Below are positions 11,514-23,949 of a stretch of DNA of 64,000 nt, in pieces. The notes below the pieces were generated by a model. That model had not been told where the DNA came from, ran no database searches, and was given only the letters and a program-made list of their open reading frames with translations. How positions within the stretch are numbered: the stretch's first letter is position 1; each line of letters begins with the position of its first letter. The stretch is from contig NC_083224.1 in NCBI RefSeq assembly GCF_032191835.1, positions 58,094,001-58,158,000 of the forward strand. Direction: 5' to 3'. A program made the translations under genes and the position numbers. This DNA is from Heteronotia binoei. Taxonomy: Eukaryota.

Positions 11514-14500
11514 TTATAGCAAAAGGAAATCCTTATACATTTTATTTTTAGAATAAGAGTTAGCATAAAATGGATCGGTGTCAAGCTTTTCTAGAATGGG
11601 AAGCCAAGTTGCCAGATATTTAGCGTAGGCTTGGTATGGGTCTTTGTGGTCTATGGCTGCCTGAATTTTATCCATTACAATGTGTTCCCAGACTTTAAGT
11701 AGCCAGTTGTCAAGTGTCAAATTCAATGAGTTTTTCCAGGACTGCGCAATCGTGGTTTTAGCAGCTGTCAGGAGTTTAACTATCAAGGATTTTTTAGAAG
11801 ATGAGAGACGGGTATCAGACCAATGATTGAGAAGTATCCTTGTTGGGTCATCTGGGATCAAGACCCCAGTTAGGGGGGAGAGATGGGCACAAATTGAGGT
11901 CCAGAATGGTCTGATTTTGGGGCAGTCCCACCAGCAGTGAAAATAAGAGGCTTTGAGCCCACAGTTTCTCCAGCAGTCTGAAGAGCCTAACTGGGTCATA
12001 TGGGAGAACTGGTTAGGAGTAAGGTACCAACGTGCAATCAATTTAAAGTTTTGTTGAGATATATTTATAATAGTAGATTGTAGGGCATCACTAGCCCATA
12101 TAGAGTCCCATTGGTCGGGGGAAAGGATGATGCCACAGTCTTTATGCCATTGAGTGGTGTAAGAGGGTAAGGTTGCTTCGAGTTTAGACAATAGGATACG
12201 ATACAGCCGTGAAATGAGACTTTTAGGCGTTCTCTCTTCGTGAAAATGAAGAACCAGATGTTCGTAGTCAGATGAAAGGCGAGAAAATGAAGAGATCACT
12301 TTAGGGTCCTGAAGAAAGTGCCTGATTTGAAAGTATTCAAACCAAGGTGCTGGCTTAGTCAAAACTTGGTCTAGGTCATTTTTAGGTAGAAGTTGGTTAG
12401 AAGATGAAAGAAGATTAAAGAAAAAAAACTTTTGAGGAGTCTCTCCAGACCTTGAAATAAAAGGGTAGTTGGGCAGGGAGGAAATATTTTTGTCCTATAA
12501 AAGATGAGATAGTAGAGAGTCCTGGAGCCAGAAAATGACGCTCCGAATCCCATACTGACAAGAGCGCCCTGAGGAATGGGTTCATGAATTGCCACGGTGG
12601 GCGTTCATTTTTCTTGAGCCATAGTAGTTCGTAGTATTTCAGTGGGGTAAAGTAAGCTTCCTCTATGGGCGTCCACGGCGGCGGGGGATGTTGGTACAGT
12701 ATTTTGGTCATCTGGGATAAAATAGTAGCTTTATAATACTTTGCAATGTCGGGAACTGCTAGGCCACCTTTTTGTCTTGATCGACATAAAGTTGAAACTT
12801 TGATTCTAGGCTTTTTATATTTCCAGATAAAGGAGGTCAGTATTTGTTGCCAGGATTTTAAGATAGGCTGAGAGATCTCAATAGGAAGAGCCCGAAAAAG
12901 ATATAAAAACTTGGGAAAAATGAAGGATTTAATTACATGGATTCTTTCCATCCAGGATAGTTGCAACTTATCCCATTGCTTTAGCGTGGTAGTAATCTCA
13001 GAAGCCGTGGCCGTGTAGTTAGTTTTTAATAGGCCAGCTATATTTAAGGGGATTTTCAGCCCCAAATAGGACCAGGAATCAGAGACCCAATGGAAGGGGT
13101 AGTTTGCAATTATGTCTTTTTTAGAAGTATCGGACATTTTAATCGGGTAGAGAATTGATTTCGAGTGGTTAACTGTAAGGCCTGAAAGTTTACTGTAATC
13201 AGACAGGAGAGAGGAAACGGCTTTAATAGACTGTAGTGGATTTGTAATATATAAGACTATATCATCGGCAAATAAACTTATTTTAAAAGTAGAATTTTGG
13301 ACAGAGATACCAGAAATCTCTGAAGAAAGCCGTATCAAATTTGCAAAGGGCTCTATGACAATGGCGAATAGCAGTGGTGATAGGGGGCACCATTGACGAG
13401 TTCCTCTTTCTAGGATAAGTGAAAGGGACTGTTGACCATTGATTTGTATAAACGCGGATGGACAGGAATACAAAGAATCTATAACCGTTCTGAACCTAGG
13501 TCCGAAACCCATATGATGTAAGACTTTTTTAAGGAAGAGAGGTTCTACACTATCGAAGGCCTTCTCTATATCTAAGGCAAGAATGCAGGAGTCGTATGGC
13601 TGAAAAGTGCAATATTGAATTAAGTTAATTGTTTGTCTAGTATTGTCTGTGATATCGCGATTCGGAATAAATCCTGATTGGTTGGTGTGAATATAGAGCC
13701 CTATGATTGTGTTCAATCTAGCAGTCAAAATGGAAGTAAATATTTTATAATCATTATTTAGTAAAGAAATGGGGCGGTAAGATTTAACATTTAATGGGTC
13801 TTTGTCTTTTTTGGGAATCATAACTATTTTCGCCTGGGACCAGGAGGGAGGCATACAGCCGGAGTCCAGAACAAGATTGCAAACAGTGGTAAGATGAGGT
13901 ACCAGGGAAAGATTGAATTTTTTATAAAATTCTGAAGGTAGTCCATCTCTACCTGGGGTTTTATTGATTTTGGAGGCCTTAATGGCGTCAACGACTTCAA
14001 CGGAGAATCTAAAAAGGCTCGGTGTTCGTGGGAGAGTTGGGTAAGGATCTTCTGGTTTTGAAAAAAGTGGTCTCTTAGGTGAGAAGGAGGATTGGACGAG
14101 GTATATAGCTGTTGGAAAAACTGATGGAAGGTGTCCAAGATTTTTTTGTTTGATGAGTGTATTTTGCCAGAGTTGTCTCTAAGACATTTAATCTGTCTCT
14201 CACCTAGCTCTTTCCTGAGTTTCCATGAAAGTAGTTTCAACGAACGGGGGTGGTTATACCAGTATTTTTGTTTCACGAATAGTAGATTTTTTCGAATATT
14301 AGATGTTTCCAATAAGTCTAGTTTCTGTCTTTCGAGAACAAGTTTTTGGTAAACTTTATTAGAGCAGGTTTGCTTGTGTTTTTGTTCCAAGTGTTTAATA
14401 TTGTCTAAAATGAGTTGTTTCAGTTCTAATTTTCTTTTTTTGTAGGCTGAATGCAGGGAGATACACTTGCCTCGCAGAACAGCTTTCATTGCGCCCCACA

Positions 14501-15353
14501 CAATTTCTTTGGAAACCCCACAATCCAGATTGTTTTTGAAATAAAGATTGATCTCTTGCTCTAATTGTGTACAAAATTCTTGGTTCAAAAGGAGTGATTT
14601 ATTTAATGTCCAATTAAATGAAGGCCTGTCCTGAGAACCAGCATGCAGTGTGCACTCCAACCAAGCGTGGTCGGAAAGTGTCCTAAGGCCAATATTGGTG
14701 TGAGAAACTTGGTTCAATAAGGAGGGAGAAAAAAGAAAATAATCAATCCTTGTAATGGTATTGTGTAATGCCGAAAAGTAGGTGTAGTCCTTAACCCCCG
14801 GGTTATGCAATCTCCCAACGTCACATAGGTTAAAATTATGAAGGACAGATTGCATAGGTGCTGGGGGAGAAGTTGGGGGAGAGTGTGGCTTAAATGATCT
14901 GTCCCACTTGGGGTCTATGATTTGGTTGAAGTCCCCCCCTATAATGACTGCCCCTTCTTGGAAAAGGGCAAGTTTAGAAAGCGTGTCTTTTATAAAGGTA
15001 ATTTGTGAGGAGTTGGGAGCATATAGAGAAACCAGAGTGAAAGGAGAGTCATTAAGTGTACCTTTTATAAAGATATAACGTCCTTGGGGATCGACTTCTT
15101 GAGCTGACAAAACAAACCGGGTATTTTTTGAAAGTAGGATGGCGACTCCGCGTGATTTAGAAGAAACAGGAGCTACATACTGTGTATGGAACCACTTAGA
15201 TCGAAGTATGGTGGAGCTTGCCGACTTAATGTGGGTTTCTTGTAGGAAAAGAAGATCAGGTTGTAATTTGGTCAAAGCAGAAGAAAGCCGCTTGGCTTTA
15301 ATAATGTTGTTAAGGCCTCTGCAGTTGAGAGAAATTAACTTTAAGTCAGACAT
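11514..15353 (-). pseudogene. L1 ORF2 (APE endonuclease, RT, CCHC) broken by two frameshifts
   Basis: LISLNCRGLN/LQETH/YAPN/GGDFN/SDH (EN); YRPISLL/LDIEKAFD/LFADD (RT); CWRNC...HCWWDC; split into ORFs 13824-15353, 12415-13854 and 11514-12362. Confidence 0.93.
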
Positions 15354-16072
15354 AATTTAGATACATTAAATTAGAAAAAAGCATTGTTAAGATCCATATA
15401 ACGCCTGCAGAACCCGGACTGGGGCTCTGTATAACAATGATGAGAAAAAGTAGAAGAAACAGGTAACAATTACCAGATTTCCCTTGTTCTCACAACACAG
15501 AATAAACAAAGAGAGAACATTGGGGTGGGAGTACCAGGATTAGTGACCTGACTGCAAAAGTCTAGGTTCACAACAACAACCATATTTGTCTGAACCAAAT
15601 TGAACAAACACAAACCACTTTTCAGTATAAATGTAAAAATTTCCAAAAACCCAAACACCGCTAAAGGGATCCACTGAGTTCGAGGGTCATGGCCAGAGTA
15701 TACCAGAACATACCAGTGCTGGTCAAAAAGCACCGTCTGAAAAGGGCCATAAATAAACACCAGTAAAAGGTACCTTTTCCCCTTGAAAAAACAAATCAAC
15801 AATATTAACAACATAAATCTTACTAAACTGTTCATTGTTTCCAACCAGGAAACAATGCAACTTTACTCAGTATATAAGAAATATACAATCTAATATGGAG
15901 GGAGCAAAAAGAAGGAACATCCCGGCTGTTCCCTTAACAATGTGACATAATAAGAGGAAAGAAAAACCCCGCTCCCTTAAACCAGAACAAGATGGCATAA
16001 GTAGTGCAAATACAACTGTTCAGTAGCAGGAGATGGAAGTAGCAGGAGGTGAACTGAACGTCCATGAAGAAG

Positions 16073-17861
16073 TCAGCGTCGTCTTCTTGGCTTGAAAGAA
16101 AACGGTGGGTTGGTTGAATGAGATGAAGTAGCCCCACTTGAGTCAGGAGATGAAGGAGAGTCAATGTTTAGTTGTTTAAGAAGATCACAGCCGGAGGTGA
16201 AATCAGAAGCTGTTAGCCGAAGGCCCTGGTGAACAACCAGTATCTGGATAGGAGAAGCCCAGCGGAAGCGTATTTTGTGTTCAAATAGTGAATTCAGAAT
16301 CGGCTTCATTTCTTTCCTATGCTGCAGGGTTTCTGGTGAAAGATCAGCTAGAACCAGGATCTTTTTGCCCTTGTAGAGTAGACCCTCTTCAGATCGGGCT
16401 CTCTGTAAAATCAGGGTTCTGGTCCTGGAGTCTGGAACCGTGGCAAGTATGTCTCTTGAAAAGTCTTTTGACTTGGGCTGTAATGCCCCCAGACGGTAGG
16501 CAGAATCAATGAGAGGGGCGACTCCATCTTGGAGGTGGAGGGCTGAAGCAAGCCATGAGGCAATGAAGATTTTTACCTCCTGGTTCTCTTCCGCCTGTTC
16601 TGGCAGGCCTCTAAATTTCAGGTTAGCAGCCCTTAATCTGTTATCCAGGTAAAGCACCTTCTCATGGAGCTATAGGTCTGAGCTTTGCAGGGCTTGTACA
16701 GCCTCGTGGGCCACCGTAGCCATTTCCAGCGCTGAGTCTGCAGTTTGAGTGACTGCTGAAAGCGTTTCATTAATTTTTTTTAGTTCTAATTGCAAGGGGG
16801 TAATAGCTTTGCTGATCTTCTCCCCTATTGTGACCCCTATTGAGTCCTCCAAGTAGGGTTGCCAAGTCCAATTAAAGAAAAATCTGGGGACTTTGGGGGT
16901 GGAGCCAGGAGACTTTGGGGGTGGAGCCAGGAGACATTGGGGGTGGAGCCAAGAACAAGGATGTGACAAGCATAATTGAACTCCAAGGGAGTTCTTGCCA
17001 TCACATTTAAAGAGACAGCACACCTTTTAAAATGCCTTTCTTCCATAGGAAATAATTAAGGATAGGGGCACCATATTTTGGGGCTCATAGAATTGGACCC
17101 TCTGGTCCAATCGTTTTGAAACTTGGGGGGTATTTTGGGGAGAGGCACTAGATGCTATACTAAAAAATTGGTGCCTCTACCTCAAAAAATAGCCCCCCCA
17201 GAGCCCCCAATACCCACAGATCAATTTCCTATTATTCCCTATGGGAATCGTTCTCCATAGGGAATAATAGAGTGCCTAGTAGACATTTCCCTCCCCCCCA
17301 CGCTTTCTAAAGGGGGGGAGGGCCTCCAAACTAGGGAATCCCCTGCCCCCTCCCTCTCTCACACACACACACTTACCAGATCTTCCTCCGGACAACTCTA
17401 CTTCCTGTGAAAACGAAAGCAAAGAAAGGGAGGGGCCGTTCTCAAAAGCCCTTCCTGCTTCCGGCTTCCTGCCCAGCCTTAAAGGGGCAGACATTTTGCA
17501 AACGGCTCAGGAGCTCTACAACATGAAGCCTAAAGGTATGTTCTCCCCCCCCTCCACCCCCTCCACCCCCGCTTCCAGAGTTTTGAAAAGCGGGAGGTGA
17601 GGCTGTGAAACCAGAAGTCTCCCACCAGAGCGGGAGATTTGGGAAGCCTACCTCCAAGCGTGAAATCGCCGCTTGAAATGTTTGGGTCGTTAATAAAGAG
17701 CCCTCTTCCTGAGCGGGGCCGGAGGAAGGGCTGGACGCCATTTCAGAGAGAGGTAAGGGCCCAGGGCTCGTTGGAAGAAAGTTTGGTACCTGCTGCGTCG
17801 GTGCGGCTTTCGCGGGAGTTTTCTTGGCTGCCTTGGTGTTCCCTGCAGTTCGTTTGCCCAT
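16073..17861 (-). pseudogene. L1 ORF1, interrupted by a hAT MITE and one premature stop
   Basis: Removing 16854-17650 plus one TSD copy gives a 984-bp frame (327 aa) with one in-frame TAG at 16672-16670; contains LDNRLRAANLKFRGLPE (L1 ORF1p RRM start). Confidence 0.88.
16854..17650. mobile_element. hAT MITE (TAGGGTTGCCAA family)
   Basis: Termini tagggttgccaa...ttgggaagccta; perfect 8-bp TSD cctccaag. Confidence 0.92.
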
Positions 17862-17973
17862 GCCAGGTGAAAGAAATGGTTGGGAACGGGAGCGGGAGAA
17901 ACGGGAAGGGACTGTGAGCCGGGAGCCGCCGCTTCAAGCGTCCACCATCTTCTGCGTCGCCGCGCACCCCCAC

Positions 17974-18310
17974 GGATCCTCATTGATCCTCATGATTTTT
18001 GCTTCGGGTCATCCCAATCTCACCATCCAATTACATATGTCTATAGGCGGAGCTTGCACCACAGAAATTGTGGATCCACAGGATCATGGCAACACCATGC
18101 AAAAAAACCCCCAAACTATGATTCCAAAGCACAGATCCTCATGGATCATCATGATTTCTGCATTGGGTCACACCATCATCAGCATCAAATCACATATCAT
18201 GTCTGTGGGCAGAGTTTGCACCGCAGAAATCATGGATCCACAGCATCATGGCAACACCATGGAGCCTAAATATGGTTTTGAAGCCTGGATCCTCATGGAT
18301 CCTCTTATGA
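17974..18310. repeat. Diverged ~155-bp tandem repeat, right part
   Basis: Two further units sharing catgattt...gcaccacagaa...ggatccacag..tcatggcaacaccatg...gatcctcat with 10850-11220. Confidence 0.7.
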
Positions 18311-19427
18311 GAAGATAGGAGTCTTGGAAAATATGACCAATTTCACAGTAGACCTCTTTCATGTAATCCACTTGCTGCATTGAAAGCTGCTTGCCCAGCC
18401 TCAACGGATCTCTCTGGAGCAGAGGTGTCAATCTCATTTGTTGGTTGGTGGGATTTGACATAAATGTCACTATCAGGTCAGGCCATGTGTGCCATAAAAC
18501 ATATAATGTCAGGTACCAGAGATATAAACTTTATAAAGGACACAGGCAAACCCAAATTAATAGTGAAATTTTTTTTAAAATCTCCACAGGGTATTATTTT
18601 TTCTTTGCTTTCCTTCTGGATTTCTTCCTCTTTTCTGCTCTTTGGAAAAATAAAAAGTCCAGCTCCAAAGTGGTTCTAATACACAGAGAGCAGAGCCAGC
18701 CTGGCACACAGAGCAGAGCCAGGAGCAGCTCACCCAGGCTGGGGGGCACTTGCGGGAGAAGGCTCATCTTCCCTTGGCTGCTTGCAGCAGCTGCTACTAG
18801 CTTGCTGGCCTGCCTGTGCCTTGCTCCTCAGCTCTCCCCCTTTTGAAAAGCTAATTCTTGACTGGAGCAGAGGGCTCCGTTGTTATTTTTTGTGTGGTTG
18901 CATTTCATGCTGTGCCTGCTGCATGGGACTGGCAGGTTGGTTAGAGAGGGAAGAGAGAGAAAGTGTGAGTGTGCAAGTGAGTGAACGAGTAAAGGGAGGG
19001 ACAGAGAGAGAGACTCACTCACCCACCCACCTGCAGTGGGGGGAGTCCCCTAGCTGGTGAATTTGCCATTCTGCATTTTCTCATCCAGGTTTAACACACC
19101 TCTTTGTTTCTTATCCCCCCCCCCCATTTGCTGCATTGACACTTGCTTGCCCAGCCTCAGCAGATATCTCTGGAGCAGAGGTGTCAATCTCATTTGTTGG
19201 TGGGTGGGATTTGACATAATTGTCAAAAGTGAAAGTAAGATCTAGACAGATCTACAAAGATTTTTCACTTTTAAGAAGAGATTTCTACCAAATCTACTGT
19301 CAAATCACATGTGGAAGCCAGGATTAGGGACTGGACTGGACTGAACTGTAACCAAACTGTAATATGTAGATGTTCTTTCAGGCTTTTGTTTGAGGTGGCA
19401 GATGTCTAATTACACAGGCCTTCCCTG

Positions 19428-19454
19428 CTCTTCTTCTTCTTCTTCTTCTTCTTC

Positions 19455-19509
<55 letters not shown>
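19428..19509. repeat. Compound (TCT)n(TCA)n microsatellite, tail of the adjacent L2
   Basis: Direct reading; abuts the L2 3' end motif tttatttatatcccaccct. Confidence 0.9.
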
Positions 19510-20815
19510 ATTTTATTTATATCCCACCCTCCCCGCCGAGGCAGGCTCAGGACGGCTAACAACACAGGTCAATATATACATTGTACAACGTTTAACAATA
19601 CTTATTTAACAGTTTAATTAAAATTCTATTAAAATTCTAAAACAATAAAATTAATTAATATGTTGGTGCTATTATACAGATGGTGGGCTTGCTCAGCAGT
19701 CTCTCTCTTAGTCGGTAAAGGCTATTCGGAAAAGGATGTTCAAAGTCCCGCAGGGCCCGCATTTCCTCCAGAAGCTGGTTCCATAGGCATGGAGCCATAG
19801 CAGAGAAGGCCCGAGTACGGGTACTCTGTAGCTTTACCTCTTTTGGCCCGGGAATAGTCAGCAGGTTCTTCCCTGCTGACCTCAGTGCTCTCTGGGGTTC
19901 ATACGGGGAGAGACAGTCCCTAAGGTAGGCAGGTCCTCGGCCATATAGGGCTTTAAAGGTAATGACCAGCACTTTGTAGCGAATCCGGTATATAACTGGC
20001 AGTAGGGTTGCCAAGTCCAATCCCAGAAATATCTGGGGACTTTGGGGGTGGAGCCAGGAGACTTTGGGAGTGGAGCCAGGAGACACTGAGGTTGAGCTAG
20101 GGGGGAGGGGGGGAAACAGCGCTGGGGAGCGTGGCGAGCTGCCCTGTCTCGGAGCGGGCGACGCCACTGCGCAGCTGCCGCTTCTTCTCCGCTCGCCGTG
20201 GCTGCTCCTCCGAGATGGGCTCAGGCTGAGCCCTTCTCGGAGGAGCAGCTGCGGTGGGGCGGGGGGGAGGCGGCAGCGGCGCGGTGGCCTCACCCGCTCC
20301 GCTCTGTCTCTGGGGTGGAATCGGAGGGGAGGGTGGAGGCGGGCCGGGGGCGTGGCGAGCCGCGAGTCCAGGTCCTAGAAGGGCCCGGATTCGCGGCTCG
20401 CCATGCTCCTGGCCTGTCTCCGCCCTCCCCTTCTCTGGTTTTGCCTGCGCTGCTGCCGCCTCTTGGCTGCTCCTCCCAGATGGGCTCAGCCTGGGCCCAT
20501 CTCGGAGGAGCAGCTGCGGTGGGCGGGGAGGGGGCGGGGGCGGCAGCGGCGCAGCGGCCTCGCCCGCTCCGGGATGGGGCGGCTCGTCATGCTCCCCGGC
20601 ACCGTTTCCCCCCTCCCCCCGCTTTTGTTTTTCTGGGCAGCGGGGGAAGAGGGTGGAAATCCTGGGGTCCCCCGCCAGGGCAGGAGGGTTGGGAAGCCTA
20701 ACTGGCAGCCAGTGCAGTTCACGCAGCCCCAGCTGTATGTGCTCCCACTTTGGGAGCCCCAGCAACAGTCTGGCAGCTGCGTTCTGCACCAGCTGCAGCT
20801 TCCGGGTTCGGCTCT
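19510..20815 (-). mobile_element. 5'-truncated L2-clade LINE interrupted by a hAT MITE
   Basis: QNAAARLLLGLPKWEHI...LHWLPV (20709+) continues as IYRIRYKVLVITFKALYGRGPAYLRD (below 20002). Confidence 0.85.
20003..20700. mobile_element. hAT MITE (TAGGGTTGCCAA family) with internal hairpin units
   Basis: Same termini as 16854 copy; perfect TSD actggcag. Confidence 0.92.
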
Positions 20816-21719
20816 ACCCTGCTTGCACTATTTTATCTTGTGCTATTTGTTCTGCTCACTTGCCCAATATCCGGTTCATATTAGGAACACATACAATGTA
20901 GAAATTTTGGGAGCACTTGTTAATTTGTGAGTTCTGCTATCTGTTTGTATCTTGTGAGTTCTGCTATCTGTTTGTATCGGTTTTAATATTCTGGAACCAT
21001 GTTTTAACTGTTTTAATTATTCTATTTATCTCTTGTAACCCATCCTGAGCCCTGCTGTGCAAGGGAGGTATGGGTAGAAATTTAAACAAACGCACAAATA
21101 GTGTCAGTATGAAAGGATGATTATACTAGTCCTGCTTGAAAGTATAAAAGTCATCCTAAACTGAAACTAAATCATCTCCTGAATCTGTAACAGTCAGCAA
21201 CCCTCCACTGACCTTTGGAAGGGTCACTGAGCCCTTCTAGATTTGCACTGGATTGAGAGATTTTACATGCTATGTTCTGCCAATACAAATAATTTCAGTA
21301 GTTAGAAATTGTCAAATGATGATGATAAAATTACTGTTCCATTAACCTATTGGTTCTGAACAGAACTGTCAAAAAATAATTTGATTATTTGGCCTGGTTA
21401 TGTGACTTTGTTTATTTGATTTGTTAATCTGACACTGAAGTGGACTTCGCTTACCCAGGAACTTTTCCCATTTCCTTCATTTCCCCCCAGCATTGTATTC
21501 TTAATTAATCAAATCTACTAGATTATCTTCTCAATCTGTTTAAGGTCTTGTCTTTGGACTTCAGCTTTGAGACGCTTAATGGTGAACAAGCTGCTCAGGT
21601 AGTCATCCTTCTTTAATGAGTGTTTAGAAAAAGGGTCACCATAAATGAAACTGGAGCTACAACAGTTATCCAAAATGCAGTTGGGGGGAATAGAAATGGA
21701 GAAAAAGAGATTATACTGA

Positions 21720-21917
21720 CAGGGCTTTGTAGAAAAAGCCCAGCAAGACCTTATTAGCATATTAGGCCACACCTCCTGGTGTCACCATTGTTCCACACAG
21801 GGCTTTTTTTGTAGAAAAAGCCTAGCAGGAACTCATTTGCATATTAGGCTGCACTCCCTGACACCGAGCCAACCAGAACTACATTCCAGTGCATTTCTGC
21901 TAAAAAAAAAAGCCCTG
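21720..21917. mobile_element. hAT MITE (CAGGGCTTTTTTT family)
   Basis: cagggcttt...aaaaaagccctg termini and tttgcatattagg core shared with the 1001 and 50195 copies; TSD not evident. Confidence 0.7.
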
Positions 21918-22336
21918 AGGTCCTTAGTGTATATTATATTCAGCATTACCAAGTGGTAAACAATTTGTTAATGACAAGTGATTAAAAAGTTACAAGGGCC
22001 ATGCATGTGAATGGTCTCCCCTCACACCTGTGCATGTACACACCAGCACAGCAGGTTTCTCTAAACACAGAGAAAGAGCATATACAGGTGGAGGCTAACT
22101 TGAACCCTGACATGGCTTTCAATGAGAGATAATGGTTTGTAGAACCTAATGTACTGTCCTAAAAGAGCCAGCTCATCTGTTTCTTTTCTCTTTAAGAGTT
22201 CATTCCACTTCTGAAAAGTTTTGCAAGCTGCAGTATGACTTACACAACTAGTTTGTAAAGCATAGTCTGCATTGCCTGGGTAACAAAACTATGTGATTCT
22301 GTTTGCTGAAATCCCACCAGCCCATGTACTTTAACT

Positions 22337-22555
22337 GCCCTGACCTGGATAGCCCAGGCTAGCTTGATCACATCAGATCTCAGAAGCTAAGTAGAGTCCA
22401 TCCTAGTATTTGGATGAGAGACCTCCAAGGCATACCAGGGTCATGTCATGTCATGAAGGTAGGCAATGGCAAACCACCTCTGAGCAAATGTTACCTAGAA
22501 AACCCCATAGGGTTACCATAAGTCAGCTGTGACTTTATGGCACTTTCCACCACCA
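22337..22555 (+). mobile_element. 5S rRNA-derived SINE
   Basis: 5S-like head gccctgacctgg...gatctcagaagctaag...tagtatttggatg followed by gcaatggcaaaccacctctg tail. Confidence 0.8.
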
Positions 22556-23949
22556 TACTGTAGCCAAAAATTTGATGGGAAGAGGCATAAGGGAATATGT
22601 CCTGAATGCTTAAAGTTATTTAATTACAAACTGAATTGGCTTTTTAAATCCCATGGGCCCCAGTGGGCACTACATTCTAGGCTGATTACTTACTGACAGG
22701 GCTTTTTTGTAAAACACACTACCTTCTAGGGAGGAGGAAGGCTTGTCTCTCCTGATCCATTTGTGACATCTTCACTCATTTAGTCAAAGCCTTCTGTAGA
22801 TGCCACTCTGCAAATTGGTAAGATCTGCGGCTGCCCAGTCATCATGTGCCTTCTGGAAGAGTCCACTTGAGTTGGTCAGGAGGCCCCTCATGTTCTATCA
22901 TTCTGTAGAATATGCAGTTATGTTCAAGAGGAATTTTTTTTTTAAAAAGAGAACTGTTGTAGAACTACAGGAACAGTGCCTTTTTTAAATAAAGGAACAG
23001 GAATGTATTACACTGCAACAATTATCACCTAGTTTTGCTGCATTGTCTTATAATTGTGTAGAGAAATACCCTCTACTCTAGTTCCAGGTGGGTAGCCATG
23101 TTGGTCTGAAGCAGTGCTACCAAGTTAGAGTCTAATACCACCTTTAAGACTAACAAAATTTTATTCAGGCAGTGAGTTTTTGTGTGCATTCATACTTTGT
23201 CAAATTTGTTGGTTTTAAAGGTGCTATTGGACTCTAACTTGGAAATCTCTACCATAGTGTTCAGCCTCATATTTTAACCATTGGGACTGCACTCTGCAAG
23301 TTGGAATCCCGCTGCAAATTTGTAGCTGGCAGGAAGGAGGGGTCTTGGGTTTGAGCCTTCAAGCACAGGTACGGAGTACTTGAGTGCATATGTATGCTAA
23401 ACTGGCTGAAATAAGACAATGGTTTACTCACCTTGTTAGAATATTGCACCTAAATGGACAGAAAGGGGAGACAGACAAATGGCTTGAAAGTAACCAGGAA
23501 GATCTGAACAATTGCAGGAGGATGATTCCCACAAGGGGAGATGATAAATTCTCTGGATACAGAGAATAAGCTCTCTTCATCTTGTTCTTCTCCTTGGATT
23601 GGTAGAAGAAGTAAGTTTTTTATTTAGGGACTCCATCTGGTCCATGTGGCAAGGGACAATAGGGAGAAATCCCAAACACATTAACTAAGGTAAGACTTCA
23701 AACTACTGCAACTTCAGGTAATACTAGCCTGTCCTAATTAAACATTGTTTGGAATAGGTACTGAGCAAAGGAAAGTGGACTGCATGTTTTCATCTTTTCT
23801 TTGTACCCTTGCTCAGCCTGTATTCTTGAACAGACCATGTATATCCTTAATATTCATTTCTTAAACTTTCTTAAACATTTCAAACCTGATTTCTGGAACC
23901 ACACCATGCCTATTTTTTGGAGCCCTTCCAATCTGATTTCAGGCCCAGT

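Larger units (their letters stand above)
11221..17973 (-). mobile_element. Full-length (or near full-length) L1 LINE, inactivated
   Basis: Poly(A) tail (polyT on plus at 11221), TSD ggatcctcat at 11211-11220 and 17974-17983, ORF1 from 17861 and ORF2 from 15353. Confidence 0.95.

Noticed and set aside
16880-16950. CRISPR-like short direct repeats (21-bp gactttgggggtggagccagga)
   Set aside because: Head-to-tail subterminal repeats of a hAT MITE with no spacers, in a eukaryotic genome.
19390-19617. Poly-serine protein ORF
   Set aside because: Translation of the (TCT)n(TCA)n microsatellite tail of an L2.
19655-20930. Multiple long overlapping Pro/Gly/Arg-rich ORFs
   Set aside because: GC-rich palindromic MITE interior plus L2 remnant; no coherent protein.
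22337-22440. 5S rRNA gene
   Set aside because: Diverged, with internal deletions, and fused to a SINE tail.
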